DNA of 64,000 nt, from the IMG/VR virus record IMGVR_UViG_3300022555_003212, one strand, 5' to 3'. A program made the translations under genes and the position numbers. Under the pieces are notes generated by a model. It saw only the letters and a program-made list of their open reading frames with translations. It had not been told where the DNA came from and searched no databases. The stretch is from an uncultured virus (IMG/VR IMGVR_UViG_3300022555_003212). Its lineage: Duplodnaviria > Heunggongvirae > Uroviricota > Caudoviricetes. Positions 39,015-48,785 of this stretch are shown one piece after another; position 1 is the stretch's first letter; the number at the start of each line of letters is the position of its first letter.

Positions 39015-39259
39015 AATTAAAAATTTAGGTTAATACTGAGGTTAGTTATTTTGATGATGCAAATGTAGGGACCAATTCCGAGAAAAAAAAATTTAAAAAA
39101 ATTATTTTAGCAAAATTAATCCATTTTTTAAGGTTATAGCTTTAAAAAATGACGCATTTAAATGTTGTAATAAATTGAATATAACAAAGTTATCGTTAAA
39201 ATAAAAATAATTTAAAAAAAGTGAAAATATTTTCAAATATTAAAAATTTAGCCATCTAA

Positions 39260-39628
39260 CTACAAACTACCATCTTCAATTTTTTTCAATTTAAATTTTC
39301 TTTGCGCTGCCACTGGAGCCACTCTTAGCCCCCATCCAAGCCAAAAATTATAAAAATATGTTGTAGCTTGTTCTTTACTACATGGCTTTACAGTATTTTT
39401 TATTTCATTGATTGCCCATTCAGTAAACACTTTTTCCTCATCTTCGGTCATTGTATATCTTTCATACCATCGTAAACCAATAAAATTATCATCTTCATGG
39501 TTAATATCTTCAACTGTTAAACCATAAGGCTCAAGCTCTTTATTAACTAATTTATCAAACAGTTCTTGATTAAATTCTTTTCTCCTCATATCATCATTTC
39601 TTACTATTCTACCCCTTTTCATTTTCAC
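39260..39628 (-). CDS. hypothetical, RxxKLxxI tail
   Basis: QRKFKLKKI. Confidence 0.75.
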   Translation of the reverse strand: MKMKRGRIVRNDDMRRKEFNQELFDKLVNKELEPYGLTVEDINHEDDNFIGLRWYERYTMTEDEEKVFTEWAINEIKNTVKPCSKEQATTYFYNFWLGWGLRVAPVAAQRKFKLKKIEDGSL

Positions 39629-39824
39629 ATATTTTATTTATTCTATCCAATTTTTGCCGTCTAAATTCCTTTTTAACGTCACGTAAAATATCAACCATAG
39701 TGGTGTTTGGGTTGAATTTGTATCCAGCTCTTTCAAGAACCAATAGTTGTATCATCAAAAGTCTTACACTTTCTGATGGCTCAAGTTTTATCCATTCAAT
39801 TTTATTTTCCATATTTATCTTCAA
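39609..39824 (-). CDS. hypothetical, RxxKLxxI tail
   Basis: FRRQKLDRI. Confidence 0.7.
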   Translation of the reverse strand: MKINMENKIEWIKLEPSESVRLLMIQLLVLERAGYKFNPNTTMVDILRDVKKEFRRQKLDRINKICENEKG

Positions 39825-40569
39825 TTGCCATTAATAGTAATGGAATATTCGCTTTGTATAGACCAGCACAGTTCAAGCAACCGCATTCAACAATCTTCCA
39901 TTCATAATTATACATGCAAATATCCATTGTGAAGATTTCCGCAACTTGGTGCAGTTCAATCATTGATGCGCAAAATTCGGTGGCATCATCATCTACTACA
40001 CTACTATATCTGACCATCCCACCTTCTCTATATAAACTGGATGTGATGATCATACCATCGACAATATAAAATCTAAATTCTTTTTGAACAGATTTAACTC
40101 TGCAAACTTGAATTTCAGAATCTTTGGTTAGTGTTGTTTTAGTTGACCCATCAAGCATTTTGTTACGAAACTCTTTCCATTCTATCATGGAAAATATTTT
40201 ACCAGTAAATGTTTTTGTATCCAGAGTCGGTCGGCAAAAAAATCTACCATTCCATTCAAAATCATCTCCGAACTTATAAATAGTTGAATCATAATTCAAT
40301 AAGTTGTCCTTATAGTAATTACGATAGTTCGTAAAATCATGCTCAGGAGTCATAACGCAGCCTGGTTCCCAATTATATTTTTTGCCTATACGAGCCATTT
40401 TAAGAGCACCAAAACAAAAGACATCCTTCCGTTCCGTTTCGAACTTGATCTCATCACTATCGGGCTCTAAATGAACAATCTCATATGGTAACTCTAATCT
40501 TTCCAATGCTTGGATAAGATCATCCCATTCATCTTCCCTATACAGTCTTTCTTGAATTATATAATACAT
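39802..40569 (-). CDS. ATP-grasp domain protein (DUF4343-like)
   Basis: FCRP..KTFTG, EFRFYIVDG, MDI..KIVECGCLN. Confidence 0.75.
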   Translation of the reverse strand: MYYIIQERLYREDEWDDLIQALERLELPYEIVHLEPDSDEIKFETERKDVFCFGALKMARIGKKYNWEPGCVMTPEHDFTNYRNYYKDNLLNYDSTIYKFGDDFEWNGRFFCRPTLDTKTFTGKIFSMIEWKEFRNKMLDGSTKTTLTKDSEIQVCRVKSVQKEFRFYIVDGMIITSSLYREGGMVRYSSVVDDDATEFCASMIELHQVAEIFTMDICMYNYEWKIVECGCLNCAGLYKANIPLLLMAIEDKYGK

Positions 40570-40792
40570 CTAATTTACGTTTTCTTATTTCTTTTAAAGA
40601 TATTTTTGAAAATCTTTGGAAATTCCAAGCACCACAGAACCCTTTCAAATAAACAACATCCCCTTCAACCTGTTCTATGGTGTAGTATCCAAGCTTTTTT
40701 AATGATTCATATTTATTATCTATTAATAGTGTTGAAAACATATTATCAACACAAACAACAAAATCACCTTTTTTAAATTCATTCAACCACAT
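40538..40792 (-). CDS. SH3/KOW-like protein, RxxKLxxL tail
   Basis: KGDFVVC...IRKRKLDVL. Confidence 0.75.
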   Translation of the reverse strand: MWLNEFKKGDFVVCVDNMFSTLLIDNKYESLKKLGYYTIEQVEGDVVYLKGFCGAWNFQRFSKISLKEIRKRKLDVLYNSRKTV

Positions 40793-41018
40793 TACTTATT
40801 TTATCTAATTTAAACTTTCGTAATTCTTGTACAGTTGCCAATTCAAATCTCCATTTGCTCCATTGCTCAACTGGTATGTAGGGCCATCCAAATCCAGATA
40901 TGGTTACCCTACCTTCAATTTCAATACTTTCTATGGTATAAAATTTATCCTTGGTTAGTTTGTGCTCTGCCCCATAAGGATTGGTACATTTAACAATATC
41001 ACCTTTTTTAAATTCCAC
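40779..41018 (-). CDS. SH3/KOW-like protein, RxxKLxxI tail
   Basis: KGDIVKC...LRKFKLDKI. Confidence 0.75.
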   Translation of the reverse strand: MEFKKGDIVKCTNPYGAEHKLTKDKFYTIESIEIEGRVTISGFGWPYIPVEQWSKWRFELATVQELRKFKLDKISNVVE

Positions 41019-41292
41019 TTTGAATTTTTTTTAATTTTAATTTTCGCATTATAGATTTATCACCTTTATATGCGATTTTCATTAAATCGGTTGTTGAAAT
41101 ATCTGGTACAATTGAAATTCTTTCATATACTCCACGTTCAAGTCTTTTTATAAATTTGGCTTTATGAAGTAGGTTTATGTATAAATATACGGTATGACTC
41201 TCATCTGATGTTTGATATCTAACTTCAGACGGGCTAAAAATTTTATTTTTATTGACAAATTCAAGGACGTTAACAAATAGTGTATTTTTCAT
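41008..41292 (-). CDS. winged-helix-like protein, RxxKLxxI tail
   Basis: LHKAKFIKRLERGVY; MRKLKLKKI. Confidence 0.65.
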   Translation of the reverse strand: MKNTLFVNVLEFVNKNKIFSPSEVRYQTSDESHTVYLYINLLHKAKFIKRLERGVYERISIVPDISTTDLMKIAYKGDKSIMRKLKLKKIQSGI

Positions 41293-41711
41293 ATTAATGG
41301 TAGGTGCCCAGTAAGCTTATTTATTTTTTCGGTGAATTCAGGTCCAAAAGCGGCACATGTCAGTGTTGGTATCCCATGGAATTCTGTATTCCCAGCATCT
41401 ATGATTGGTGTTACTTGAATTCCTTGCTCTTTACCTTTTACCATTAGATCGGTCAATTCAGCTTCACTGTTAACGTAAACCACAATCTTAGCGAAAGAAC
41501 CGTTCAGCCATTCATACATTGGAGAATCTGGATTCAAACATAATATTCTCATTTGCTGTATAGTTTTTCCATCATATGGATGATCAACCTTAATCATTTG
41601 ATCTAATACTGATGCAAGGCTCGCATGGGCCGTTTGAGACCCAATTTTGCCCTTCCTCATATTAAGGTCTTTTCTGATTACAATTACTTGTTTAACATTA
41701 AATTCCTTCAC
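41289..41711 (-). CDS. pth2: peptidyl-tRNA hydrolase type 2
   Basis: KQVIVIRKDLNMRKGKIGSQTAHA...IIDAGNTEF..T.TCAAFGP..TGHLPL. Confidence 0.9.
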   Translation of the reverse strand: MKEFNVKQVIVIRKDLNMRKGKIGSQTAHASLASVLDQMIKVDHPYDGKTIQQMRILCLNPDSPMYEWLNGSFAKIVVYVNSEAELTDLMVKGKEQGIQVTPIIDAGNTEFHGIPTLTCAAFGPEFTEKINKLTGHLPLI

Positions 41712-42195
41712 TTAACTTATCCAATTTTATTTTTCTAACTTCCTTAGACGCATCATCAAATTTTGATTCTGGTAAAAGTTCCCATGGTCTATTTTTATAT
41801 TCATCTTTCTTGGAGCACCATTCACATAAAATGGTTATCCAGCCAGAAGTTTTTCCAACTTTATGAGTATCCCCACATTCTTCACATATATGGTATGACA
41901 AATGCTCAGCAAATCTAACCATACCTGTTATAACTGCATCTCCTCCATCATAATAAAATGATAGTCTACCAAACTTTTCTTTAATTGTAGTTGCAACTAT
42001 TTGTTTTACAGGGTTAGCTTGTTGATTCCAATCAATATAAGATTGAATGTTACAGCATAAATTTTCTATAAGCCAAAACCATCCATCCCTACATTGAAAT
42101 CCAAATCCCATTCCAGATTGCTTCATTGAAGCATATCTATCAATAAATATTTTTGGATACTTTTGAACTAAATAGTTATCTAAATCTTTCCGCAT
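41698..42195 (-). CDS. phage protein with Zn finger, RxxKLxxL tail
   Basis: KEKFGRL, CEECG, CEWC; VRKIKLDKL. Confidence 0.75.
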   Translation of the reverse strand: MRKDLDNYLVQKYPKIFIDRYASMKQSGMGFGFQCRDGWFWLIENLCCNIQSYIDWNQQANPVKQIVATTIKEKFGRLSFYYDGGDAVITGMVRFAEHLSYHICEECGDTHKVGKTSGWITILCEWCSKKDEYKNRPWELLPESKFDDASKEVRKIKLDKLSEGI

Positions 42196-42422
42196 TTTTT
42201 TAATTTCTTTAATTTTTCTTTTCTTTGATATTTTATATCAAAATGAGCTGGGTGATAATATAGGAAATCATGGTGGTCAATCTCTATTAAGACATAATCC
42301 AGACCGTTTTTGTGTTGAATATCTTTGACAACATATTCTTGACCAACAATTAAAAACGCAGACATTGTATCTTCGTGTGGGTCATAACGTGATACACATT
42401 TAATTTTATCCCCTATCTTCAT
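42180..42422 (-). CDS. SH3/KOW-like protein, RxxKLxxL tail
   Basis: MKIGDKIKC...QRKEKLKKL. Confidence 0.75.
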   Translation of the reverse strand: MKIGDKIKCVSRYDPHEDTMSAFLIVGQEYVVKDIQHKNGLDYVLIEIDHHDFLYYHPAHFDIKYQRKEKLKKLKKCGKI

Positions 42423-42900
42423 TATTTTTTATTTTATTCAATTTTTCTTTTCGCACGTCCCTTCGGGCTTCACTTTTCAAAAAATCAACATTATTCAAAT
42501 ATTTGTATTTATCAGGTGCTGGGCAATACCGCTCAAACGCATCATGTATATCTTTGCATGATCCATAATCTTGATCATTTCTAATAATTTCAAATTTGTC
42601 ACAATCTATTAATTTTTTATCAATTGATATTTCATCATATGAATCATATTCAATATAATATACAATATAAAATGACAATTCAATTACTTCATCACATTTA
42701 TTTAAAGTTTTGAAAAATGCAAGTGATTCTGGAGTTTCGATTGTAAAAACATCATTACCATCACTTAATTCCTTACCAATCATTATAATCTTTCTGGTTC
42801 TAAGTGTTTCGTAATTAAGTTCTTCGATGGTTTGCTTTTTACCAACGAGAATAAATGATGTACTGGACGAATTGCTGACAAATGACGATCTTATTTTCAT
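42406..42900 (-). CDS. MKIRxxFVSNSSSxSF-type phage protein, RxxKLxxI tail
   Basis: N-terminal motif; VRKEKLNKI. Confidence 0.75.
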   Translation of the reverse strand: MKIRSSFVSNSSSTSFILVGKKQTIEELNYETLRTRKIIMIGKELSDGNDVFTIETPESLAFFKTLNKCDEVIELSFYIVYYIEYDSYDEISIDKKLIDCDKFEIIRNDQDYGSCKDIHDAFERYCPAPDKYKYLNNVDFLKSEARRDVRKEKLNKIKNNEDRG

Positions 42901-42905
42901 TACTA

Positions 42906-43262
42906 TTATACTTCGATTTTGTCTTTAAGTTTGTTTAATTTTAAGACTCTTACCTTACTTTTTGAGTATATTTTAATCGCAGTTTTTAAATATTCGTTGT
43001 TGCTGCTATCTTGAATTATAACTTGCAATTGATTAGTATCATCTAAAAAAGAATACGAATTATATCCACTTGCTTGACGAAATTTATTACCTGGATAAAA
43101 TTTTGAAGCTACACCTATTATTTCATATAATTTTCCATATGACATATTTAGTGAGGTGCACCCTGTTTGACCATACCAGATTATTTTTGTCTTTTCTTTT
43201 GCTATCTTTGAATGATCTAAAAATTCAACATAATAACCAACTTCAAATAATTTTTCAAACAT
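42906..43262 (-). CDS. hypothetical, RxxKLxxL tail
   Basis: VRVLKLNKL. Confidence 0.75.
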   Translation of the reverse strand: MFEKLFEVGYYVEFLDHSKIAKEKTKIIWYGQTGCTSLNMSYGKLYEIIGVASKFYPGNKFRQASGYNSYSFLDDTNQLQVIIQDSSNNEYLKTAIKIYSKSKVRVLKLNKLKDKIEV

Positions 43263-43524
43263 CGTCCAATTTTTTTAATTTTGCCATCCTCATTTCCTTT
43301 TCAGTATAAAAATAATCCCAAAGGTAATTATAATTTTTCTGATTAGACCTAATATTAAATATGGTTGGTGGAGGCTCAGGTTTATCAAAAATCCAAACCA
43401 TTCCAAATCCCATTGGTGTAATATTTGTATCAGAAATATAATATATTTGATCCTTCCAAAAAATACGTTTCCCGTCAAGAATTAAAATTTTCTTACAGGT
43501 AAGCTTATCTCCTATTTTTAACAT
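43255..43524 (-). CDS. SH3/KOW-like protein, RxxKLxxL tail
   Basis: IGDKLTC...MRMAKLKKL. Confidence 0.75.
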   Translation of the reverse strand: MLKIGDKLTCKKILILDGKRIFWKDQIYYISDTNITPMGFGMVWIFDKPEPPPTIFNIRSNQKNYNYLWDYFYTEKEMRMAKLKKLDDV

Positions 43525-43582
43525 AAAAATACTATTAACCTAAATTAATATATAAAGGTACAAAAAGAAATCGAATTAAAAA

Positions 43583-43873
43583 ATGAAACACTTAAAAAAA
43601 ATTATCGAATTCACAACTGAGAATCAATCTAATGCTGCCATGGCTGCAATGAATTACCATCAACCAATGATTAAGGTTGGGGAAGATGATACCTATGCAT
43701 ATTATGTTGGTAATGATATCAAAGGGCATTTTTATAATATAGTTTCAAAAGATAGTGAAATCCCAAGTGCTGGATATTTTAGTAAAAGTTGGATTTTAAA
43801 TGTTAAGCATGGAAATGATGAATTCTTCTCTGAAGAAAATTTAAAAAATTTCCCTGAGATTAATGAACTATAA
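43583..43873 (+). CDS. N-tag protein without FDL tail
   Basis: MKHLKKIIEFTTE. Confidence 0.7.
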   Translation: MKHLKKIIEFTTENQSNAAMAAMNYHQPMIKVGEDDTYAYYVGNDIKGHFYNIVSKDSEIPSAGYFSKSWILNVKHGNDEFFSEENLKNFPEINEL

Positions 43874-44396
43874 TCAATTTATAAATTGGTATAAATCTAT
43901 AACCGAATCAATATTTGATGATCCGTGGAAGGAGATATTGAAGGATGAAGAAAATTTAGAAATTATTTATAGAAGTACACAGCATTATAAAAAATTTAAT
44001 ATTGAATTAAAAAGACATAAAAATACTGGAAAAATGTATTTAGTATATAATTCTATGAAAAAGGAATGGTGGGGGAATGCTTATAAAAAGGTCGGTACTA
44101 CAACATCATTTGCTATAATATCAATGTGCGAAATTTTAACTAATAAATTTCCGTTTTTATTAAAAGATATTGATTTAATGAAAGTGACATTATCAGAAAA
44201 GGATAAAGAATATCAACTGGGATATTCTGCATGGATACTCTCGACAGATCAAGAAAATAAAAATGACCCCGAAGGATTTAAGCCAGTATTATCAGATTGG
44301 GAAGAACGATGTCTCACAAATGAAAAAGAAGAAGCCACTCAAAGGGTATTAAAATTTATAGCTTCTAAAAAAATTGGTGCCAGATTCGATCTATGA
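43863..44396 (+). CDS. FDL-tail protein
   Basis: ends ARFDL. Confidence 0.8.
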   Translation: MNYNQFINWYKSITESIFDDPWKEILKDEENLEIIYRSTQHYKKFNIELKRHKNTGKMYLVYNSMKKEWWGNAYKKVGTTTSFAIISMCEILTNKFPFLLKDIDLMKVTLSEKDKEYQLGYSAWILSTDQENKNDPEGFKPVLSDWEERCLTNEKEEATQRVLKFIASKKIGARFDL

Positions 44397-45202
44397 AATA
44401 TCTTAGCACATATAAAATATTCGAAAGTTCTGAGGGAATTATCGATGCCAAAAAAGTTAAAGAAATACTAACCAGAAATGGTTGGATTGAAGGTGTTGAT
44501 TGGTTTAAAGAAGGTAAAAACTTTTATGGTGACGGTCGTCAAGATGCATATGGATTTTATGATAAAAGTGTAGAATCAAAATTATCATCAACTGGTAATT
44601 ATAGCGGTGATCTTGATATTTTTCTTAAATCAATTGGCTTAGTTCCAATTAACATTTGGGTTGGGAGTGCAGTTTATGGTTACACTCATAGACTTGTAAG
44701 AGTAGCCAGTATAGTGGAAAGTACTGGATATGAAGACCCAATTACATTTACAATAAATTCTATTTGGCATCATGTTCTAAGTGAATTTGGAATTGATACA
44801 TCAGGTAAAGTTTATAAAGACTTTAGAGATTTAGATGCTGAGAGAAGATTCGAAAATATTATCGCTTGCTTGGCTCATAATTATTTAAAATTTGAATGTG
44901 TTCAAAAGGTAACTTGGAATGGGCCATCTAATTTTGTTGATCCACACCCTGCACGAATAACTAAAATGATTAACTGTAGTCTAACTCATTCTGGGGAAAG
45001 TTCTGACATGAAACTAAAATATCAATTCGGTGGTAAAACAGACTATTTACCATGGGTGACAATAAAATTCAACAACAAATTAAAAATGTATCATATAATA
45101 AAACCATCTGGTCAAGTAACGGTTCATAATCCATCCGAAGAATTGAAGAGAGCTGTTAAAAGTATTAGTTTCAAAAAAGCACAAAGTAGATTTGATTTAT
45201 AA
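44393..45202 (+). CDS. N-tag + FDL-tail protein (probably two fused modules)
   Basis: MKYLSTYKIFE...SRFDL. Confidence 0.8.
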   Translation: MKYLSTYKIFESSEGIIDAKKVKEILTRNGWIEGVDWFKEGKNFYGDGRQDAYGFYDKSVESKLSSTGNYSGDLDIFLKSIGLVPINIWVGSAVYGYTHRLVRVASIVESTGYEDPITFTINSIWHHVLSEFGIDTSGKVYKDFRDLDAERRFENIIACLAHNYLKFECVQKVTWNGPSNFVDPHPARITKMINCSLTHSGESSDMKLKYQFGGKTDYLPWVTIKFNNKLKMYHIIKPSGQVTVHNPSEELKRAVKSISFKKAQSRFDL

Positions 45203-45650
45203 ATTCAATTTAATCGATTTATGGTACCATCATCTTGGGGATAAAGAGTATAAAGATTATGTCAAGATGATTAATACATCTGACGAAGTGAGTTTTACTG
45301 AACTAATCAACAGGACTTTTTTAGGTAAAGTTGTTGATTTTATTTGTATTGGAAGTTTTAAAGATAAGGATTCTTCTATATTAAGAGATTATCAATGTTA
45401 TACTGGTAAGCATAAAGGTACTGTGACTGATATTAAAATAGAATATGCCGAGGCATATAGAAAAGTGGCTAAAACTGAATTTGCAATGCTTACAGAACCG
45501 ACAGTATACTTGAAACTTGATACAATGAAAACCAGATTCCATAGAGTTGTTGATCAACAACCAATGTTTATATATGACCCATCAATTGAATTGGAACGAA
45601 TGATAAAAGATATAAGAACCGCAGTTTCAACAAAAAGATTTGATTTATAA
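45192..45650 (+). pseudogene. FDL-tail gene lacking the N-tag and an N-terminal ATG
   Basis: frame opens directly in the upstream GATTTATAA; only a TTG start at the 5' end; ends KRFDL. Confidence 0.55.
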
Positions 45651-45908
45651 ATCACCATTTAATTTTTTCAACTTTGCATATCTATTGCACTCTTTAAAAT
45701 GTTCGTCAAAGTCATTCCAAATGGACTCAAATTTAAAATATTTTTTTGTTCGGAAATTTTGCATGAAATACACGGCAAATTTGCTATTAATATCAGCAGC
45801 CCGTATAATGGTTGTTAATATGTAAACATCATCAAGTAAAAATATCCCCCAAGTATCTTCCCCATTGGTTGGTAATTTTATACAGCGTATGAAATCTCCT
45901 CTTTTCAA
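45645..45908 (-). CDS. SH3/KOW-like protein, RxxKLxxL tail
   Basis: MKRGDFIRC...NRYAKLKKL. Confidence 0.75.
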   Translation of the reverse strand: MKRGDFIRCIKLPTNGEDTWGIFLLDDVYILTTIIRAADINSKFAVYFMQNFRTKKYFKFESIWNDFDEHFKECNRYAKLKKLNGDL

Positions 45909-46153
45909 AATGTATCATCCATATAAATTGGTGTTTTTTCACCAACATAAGCACCTTGTACGTTGTATGAAAAATAATCAATAGCATCTTCCTCACTCAT
46001 TTCTTTTTTTAAAATTTCAATGCATTTGGAGTATGAATATATTAATTTATCATTATTCATATCATAGCCTATTACGGCATCATCAAACCCATCAGCCTTC
46101 AAACTTTCGGTATCTGGGTATTGTTCAAGTATTGATTCTAAAATATTAGACAT
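45905..46153 (-). CDS. small acidic phage protein
   Basis: ADGFDDAVIG...YFSYNVQGAYVGEKTP. Confidence 0.75.
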   Translation of the reverse strand: MSNILESILEQYPDTESLKADGFDDAVIGYDMNNDKLIYSYSKCIEILKKEMSEEDAIDYFSYNVQGAYVGEKTPIYMDDTF

Positions 46154-46208
46154 TTATGTTTGTTTATTTTCTAATATTTTATATCTTTGAGTTAGCAAAA
46201 AGTTTAAA

Positions 46209-46493
46209 ATGAATGGTTACGAAATAATCTGTTGCAAAGATAGATTTGAGTTTAATGAAGTTCAAAGGCTTTGTTTTTCGGTTGGAATTTTTTGGGCAAG
46301 CAAGCAAAATTATTGTAAAAATCGTTTTAATGAAACTTGGATTAGAAAGGGACCTGATTCCCTTATAGCTTATGGATCGGCTGAACAGTATAAATCTTTA
46401 TCGTATGATCATTTTAATAATAGTTTGTATTCTTACATATCGTTCAAAACCTTTGAAAGGCGAATTAAATTGAAGAAATTATATGAAAAGTAA
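46209..46493 (+). CDS. hypothetical, RxxKLxxL tail
   Basis: paralog of the next gene; ERRIKLKKL. Confidence 0.75.
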   Translation: MNGYEIICCKDRFEFNEVQRLCFSVGIFWASKQNYCKNRFNETWIRKGPDSLIAYGSAEQYKSLSYDHFNNSLYSYISFKTFERRIKLKKLYEK

Positions 46494-46818
46494 AGAAGGT
46501 AAAATAATTTGTTGCTCAAATTTCGATGAATTTATTAAAGCTCAGGAAGCTTGTTTTTCGATTGGAATGCTGTGGTGCCAAGGACGTGAACCATATACAG
46601 TTAAAGATTCTCGTGATTTTTATGGTAATGAAACAACATCTTGGCTTAGAATTGATAATACGAATAAGTTACTTGGATGGGCAGCCCCATCAGCATACGA
46701 TAAAGATAAAGGCTGGACAGATTATGAGTATATAAAATTTTCAACTTTCATGAGATTGATTAAATTAAAAAAGTTGAGCACGATACAGAGTGTATCGTGC
46801 TCAAAACTTACTGACTAA
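46483..46818 (+). CDS. hypothetical, RxxKLxxL tail
   Basis: IICC..EF..Q..CFS.G..W shared with 46209; MRLIKLKKL. Confidence 0.75.
   Translation: MKSKEGKIICCSNFDEFIKAQEACFSIGMLWCQGREPYTVKDSRDFYGNETTSWLRIDNTNKLLGWAAPSAYDKDKGWTDYEYIKFSTFMRLIKLKKLSTIQSVSCSKLTD
46774..46804. terminator. 14-bp perfect hairpin
   Basis: TTGAGCACGATACA-GAG-TGTATCGTGCTCAA. Confidence 0.55.
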
Positions 46819-46917
46819 AACTTACCAGAGTCGAACTGGTGCCTTTGGTCGGGTGGAACTAAAACAGGAAAAAGAAAGCCCCGATCCCCCTATACCCCCT
46901 ATACGATCATTTTAGCC
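46813..46917 (-). ncRNA. tRNA-like element (T-arm and acceptor-like stem, no clear anticodon arm)
   Basis: ACCAG-TTCGACT-CTGGT; terminal stem GGCTAAAAT/GTTTTAGTC. Confidence 0.4.
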
Positions 46918-46924
46918 GCATATC

Positions 46925-47926
46925 TTACTTACACAGATTCAGGTGATAATCTGCGATTGCCATACTTTGTTCATTAAGCTGATATTTTAGATAGTTGAGA
47001 TCATATGTAAATGAGCTCCACCCAAAAAGTGTATAAGATTTAACCATTTTAAATTGGAGTTTGCCGAAATACTTAATATTTTTTTCAACGTTGCTTTCAT
47101 ATGATACAACGAAATATTCACGAACAATATCAGTCAGGCAACCATCATGCTGTAAAGTGCTAAGTTCTTCACGATTGTAATTGATGCATTTATTATCAAC
47201 ATAAGATGGCTTATCTTTTATAAGATGCTCAATGTGGGTTTCAAAGTAGGCGATAAACCCTAAACGGTCTTCTTCGGTTTTTACCCTTTCCCTTAATGCT
47301 AAATAATGAGTTACAGAGGATTTTCCGCTAATCGCATCAGACGGGAGGGTGGATAACAAATAGTCAGGAGGGATATTATCCTGATATGTATATGTACCAC
47401 CATAAACATTATTAAACTTTTTTATCTGATATTTCTGATCTTCTTTCAAAATTAATAAACGTTCTTCTACGACATTTTTATCAATTGTTTTTATAGCATC
47501 ATCGTAAAAAGACCCAAAATTAAGCATTCTTAACTGATCGTAGTCCAGTTTATTCCAAACTTTCAAATTTTTGAGCATAAATACATCAAGTTTATACTCT
47601 TCAATTTCCAGCTTCCAGAAAATTTCGTTATTGAGGCACTCTTTCATTGTGTCTTTTTCAAGTTCTGCCTTAGAAAGATTGATGCTGGTCACAGTACAGT
47701 TTAGGTTTTTTTCGATTATTTCTTTAACCGAACCAATATTATAACCAGTAATAGCCCCACACGTGAACGTATATTCTCTGTATTTAGATGGCGCAAGAAT
47801 CAACATTAAGATAATTGTCAAAAATGTGATGATAGCCCAATGCTCTCTCATAAATTTGGGTGTTGAAATAATACCGTTTGCTAAGAATTCTGCAAACTTT
47901 CCGAAAAATTCTGCTGTTTTTTTCAT
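46925..47926 (-). CDS. membrane-anchored hypothetical protein
   Basis: TM helix near the N-terminus; promoter TACATTTG at 47955-47962. Confidence 0.75.
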   Translation of the reverse strand: MKKTAEFFGKFAEFLANGIISTPKFMREHWAIITFLTIILMLILAPSKYREYTFTCGAITGYNIGSVKEIIEKNLNCTVTSINLSKAELEKDTMKECLNNEIFWKLEIEEYKLDVFMLKNLKVWNKLDYDQLRMLNFGSFYDDAIKTIDKNVVEERLLILKEDQKYQIKKFNNVYGGTYTYQDNIPPDYLLSTLPSDAISGKSSVTHYLALRERVKTEEDRLGFIAYFETHIEHLIKDKPSYVDNKCINYNREELSTLQHDGCLTDIVREYFVVSYESNVEKNIKYFGKLQFKMVKSYTLFGWSSFTYDLNYLKYQLNEQSMAIADYHLNLCK

Positions 47927-48015
47927 AGGATATAAGTTTTAGAGGTTTAGGCGACAAATGTACAAACATATTCTGAGAAAAAAAAATTTCAAAGCACTTT
48001 TTTATATATATCTTC

Positions 48016-48070
48016 ATGATTACACTATTCGAAGCCGAAAGGAAAAATATTTAACCAATTTGATTTATGA
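48016..48070 (+). pseudogene. empty tag-only cassette
   Basis: MITLFEAERK joined out of frame to KIFNQFDL-stop. Confidence 0.7.
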
Positions 48071-48360
48071 AATACTTAAAAGAATTCGAATCACTTAATC
48101 CATCTGATATTCCAACCATGGGGGACTATGTTCTATATAAAAGATACCGTGATAATGATTATGGTATAATAAGAATATTACGTGTTGACTGGGTTAAGGA
48201 AGAAATACATTTCAAAAAAATTGGATTACGAGAATATGAGGAAAAAATGCCATTTAGTGCATTCGAAGAAAATATTGAAAAAATTTATGTCGGTAGAATT
48301 TTAGACCGAGCTAATGAAATTTTAAAAAAAATACAAGCACAAAACAGATTTGACCTATGA
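48067..48360 (+). CDS. N-tag + FDL-tail protein
   Basis: MKYLKEFE...NRFDL. Confidence 0.8.
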   Translation: MKYLKEFESLNPSDIPTMGDYVLYKRYRDNDYGIIRILRVDWVKEEIHFKKIGLREYEEKMPFSAFEENIEKIYVGRILDRANEILKKIQAQNRFDL

Positions 48361-48785
48361 TAATACAATTCAAATCATTTGAAAGTAGATATGACGATAT
48401 AATTATGGGTCATACTGTAGAAATGGTTGATATATGGGAAGTTCTTAATGAAGATGAATATACCAATATGGTAATTCATTCAGATTTTGATAATTCTGAT
48501 AAAATAGCAACTGTTGGTGACAAAATAAAATTCACATCAAATTTTGGTGAGACTTGCTATGGTAAAATTGAGCGATCAACATTAGCTGTAATAACGCCAA
48601 AATCTAATGTTCTTTGGAAAGTGACAATTAATTCAATGCCAATAGCCGATGAATGGGTTCCAAAAGGCGCACGAGAATTCATAGTACAAAATGTTTCTGT
48701 ACAAATATACACTGAAAATCCATTCTTGAAGACATTACTGAAAAGAATTGAAGTTCATAAAAAAACATCAAGATTCGATCTATGA
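48357..48785 (+). CDS. N-tag + FDL-tail protein
   Basis: MIIQFKSFE...SRFDL. Confidence 0.8.
   Translation: MIIQFKSFESRYDDIIMGHTVEMVDIWEVLNEDEYTNMVIHSDFDNSDKIATVGDKIKFTSNFGETCYGKIERSTLAVITPKSNVLWKVTINSMPIADEWVPKGAREFIVQNVSVQIYTENPFLKTLLKRIEVHKKTSRFDL

Noticed and set aside
39068..39259. Very AT-rich intergenic stretch as a replication origin
   Set aside because: No iterons or other supporting signal; it contains a promoter T-tract and otherwise nothing specific
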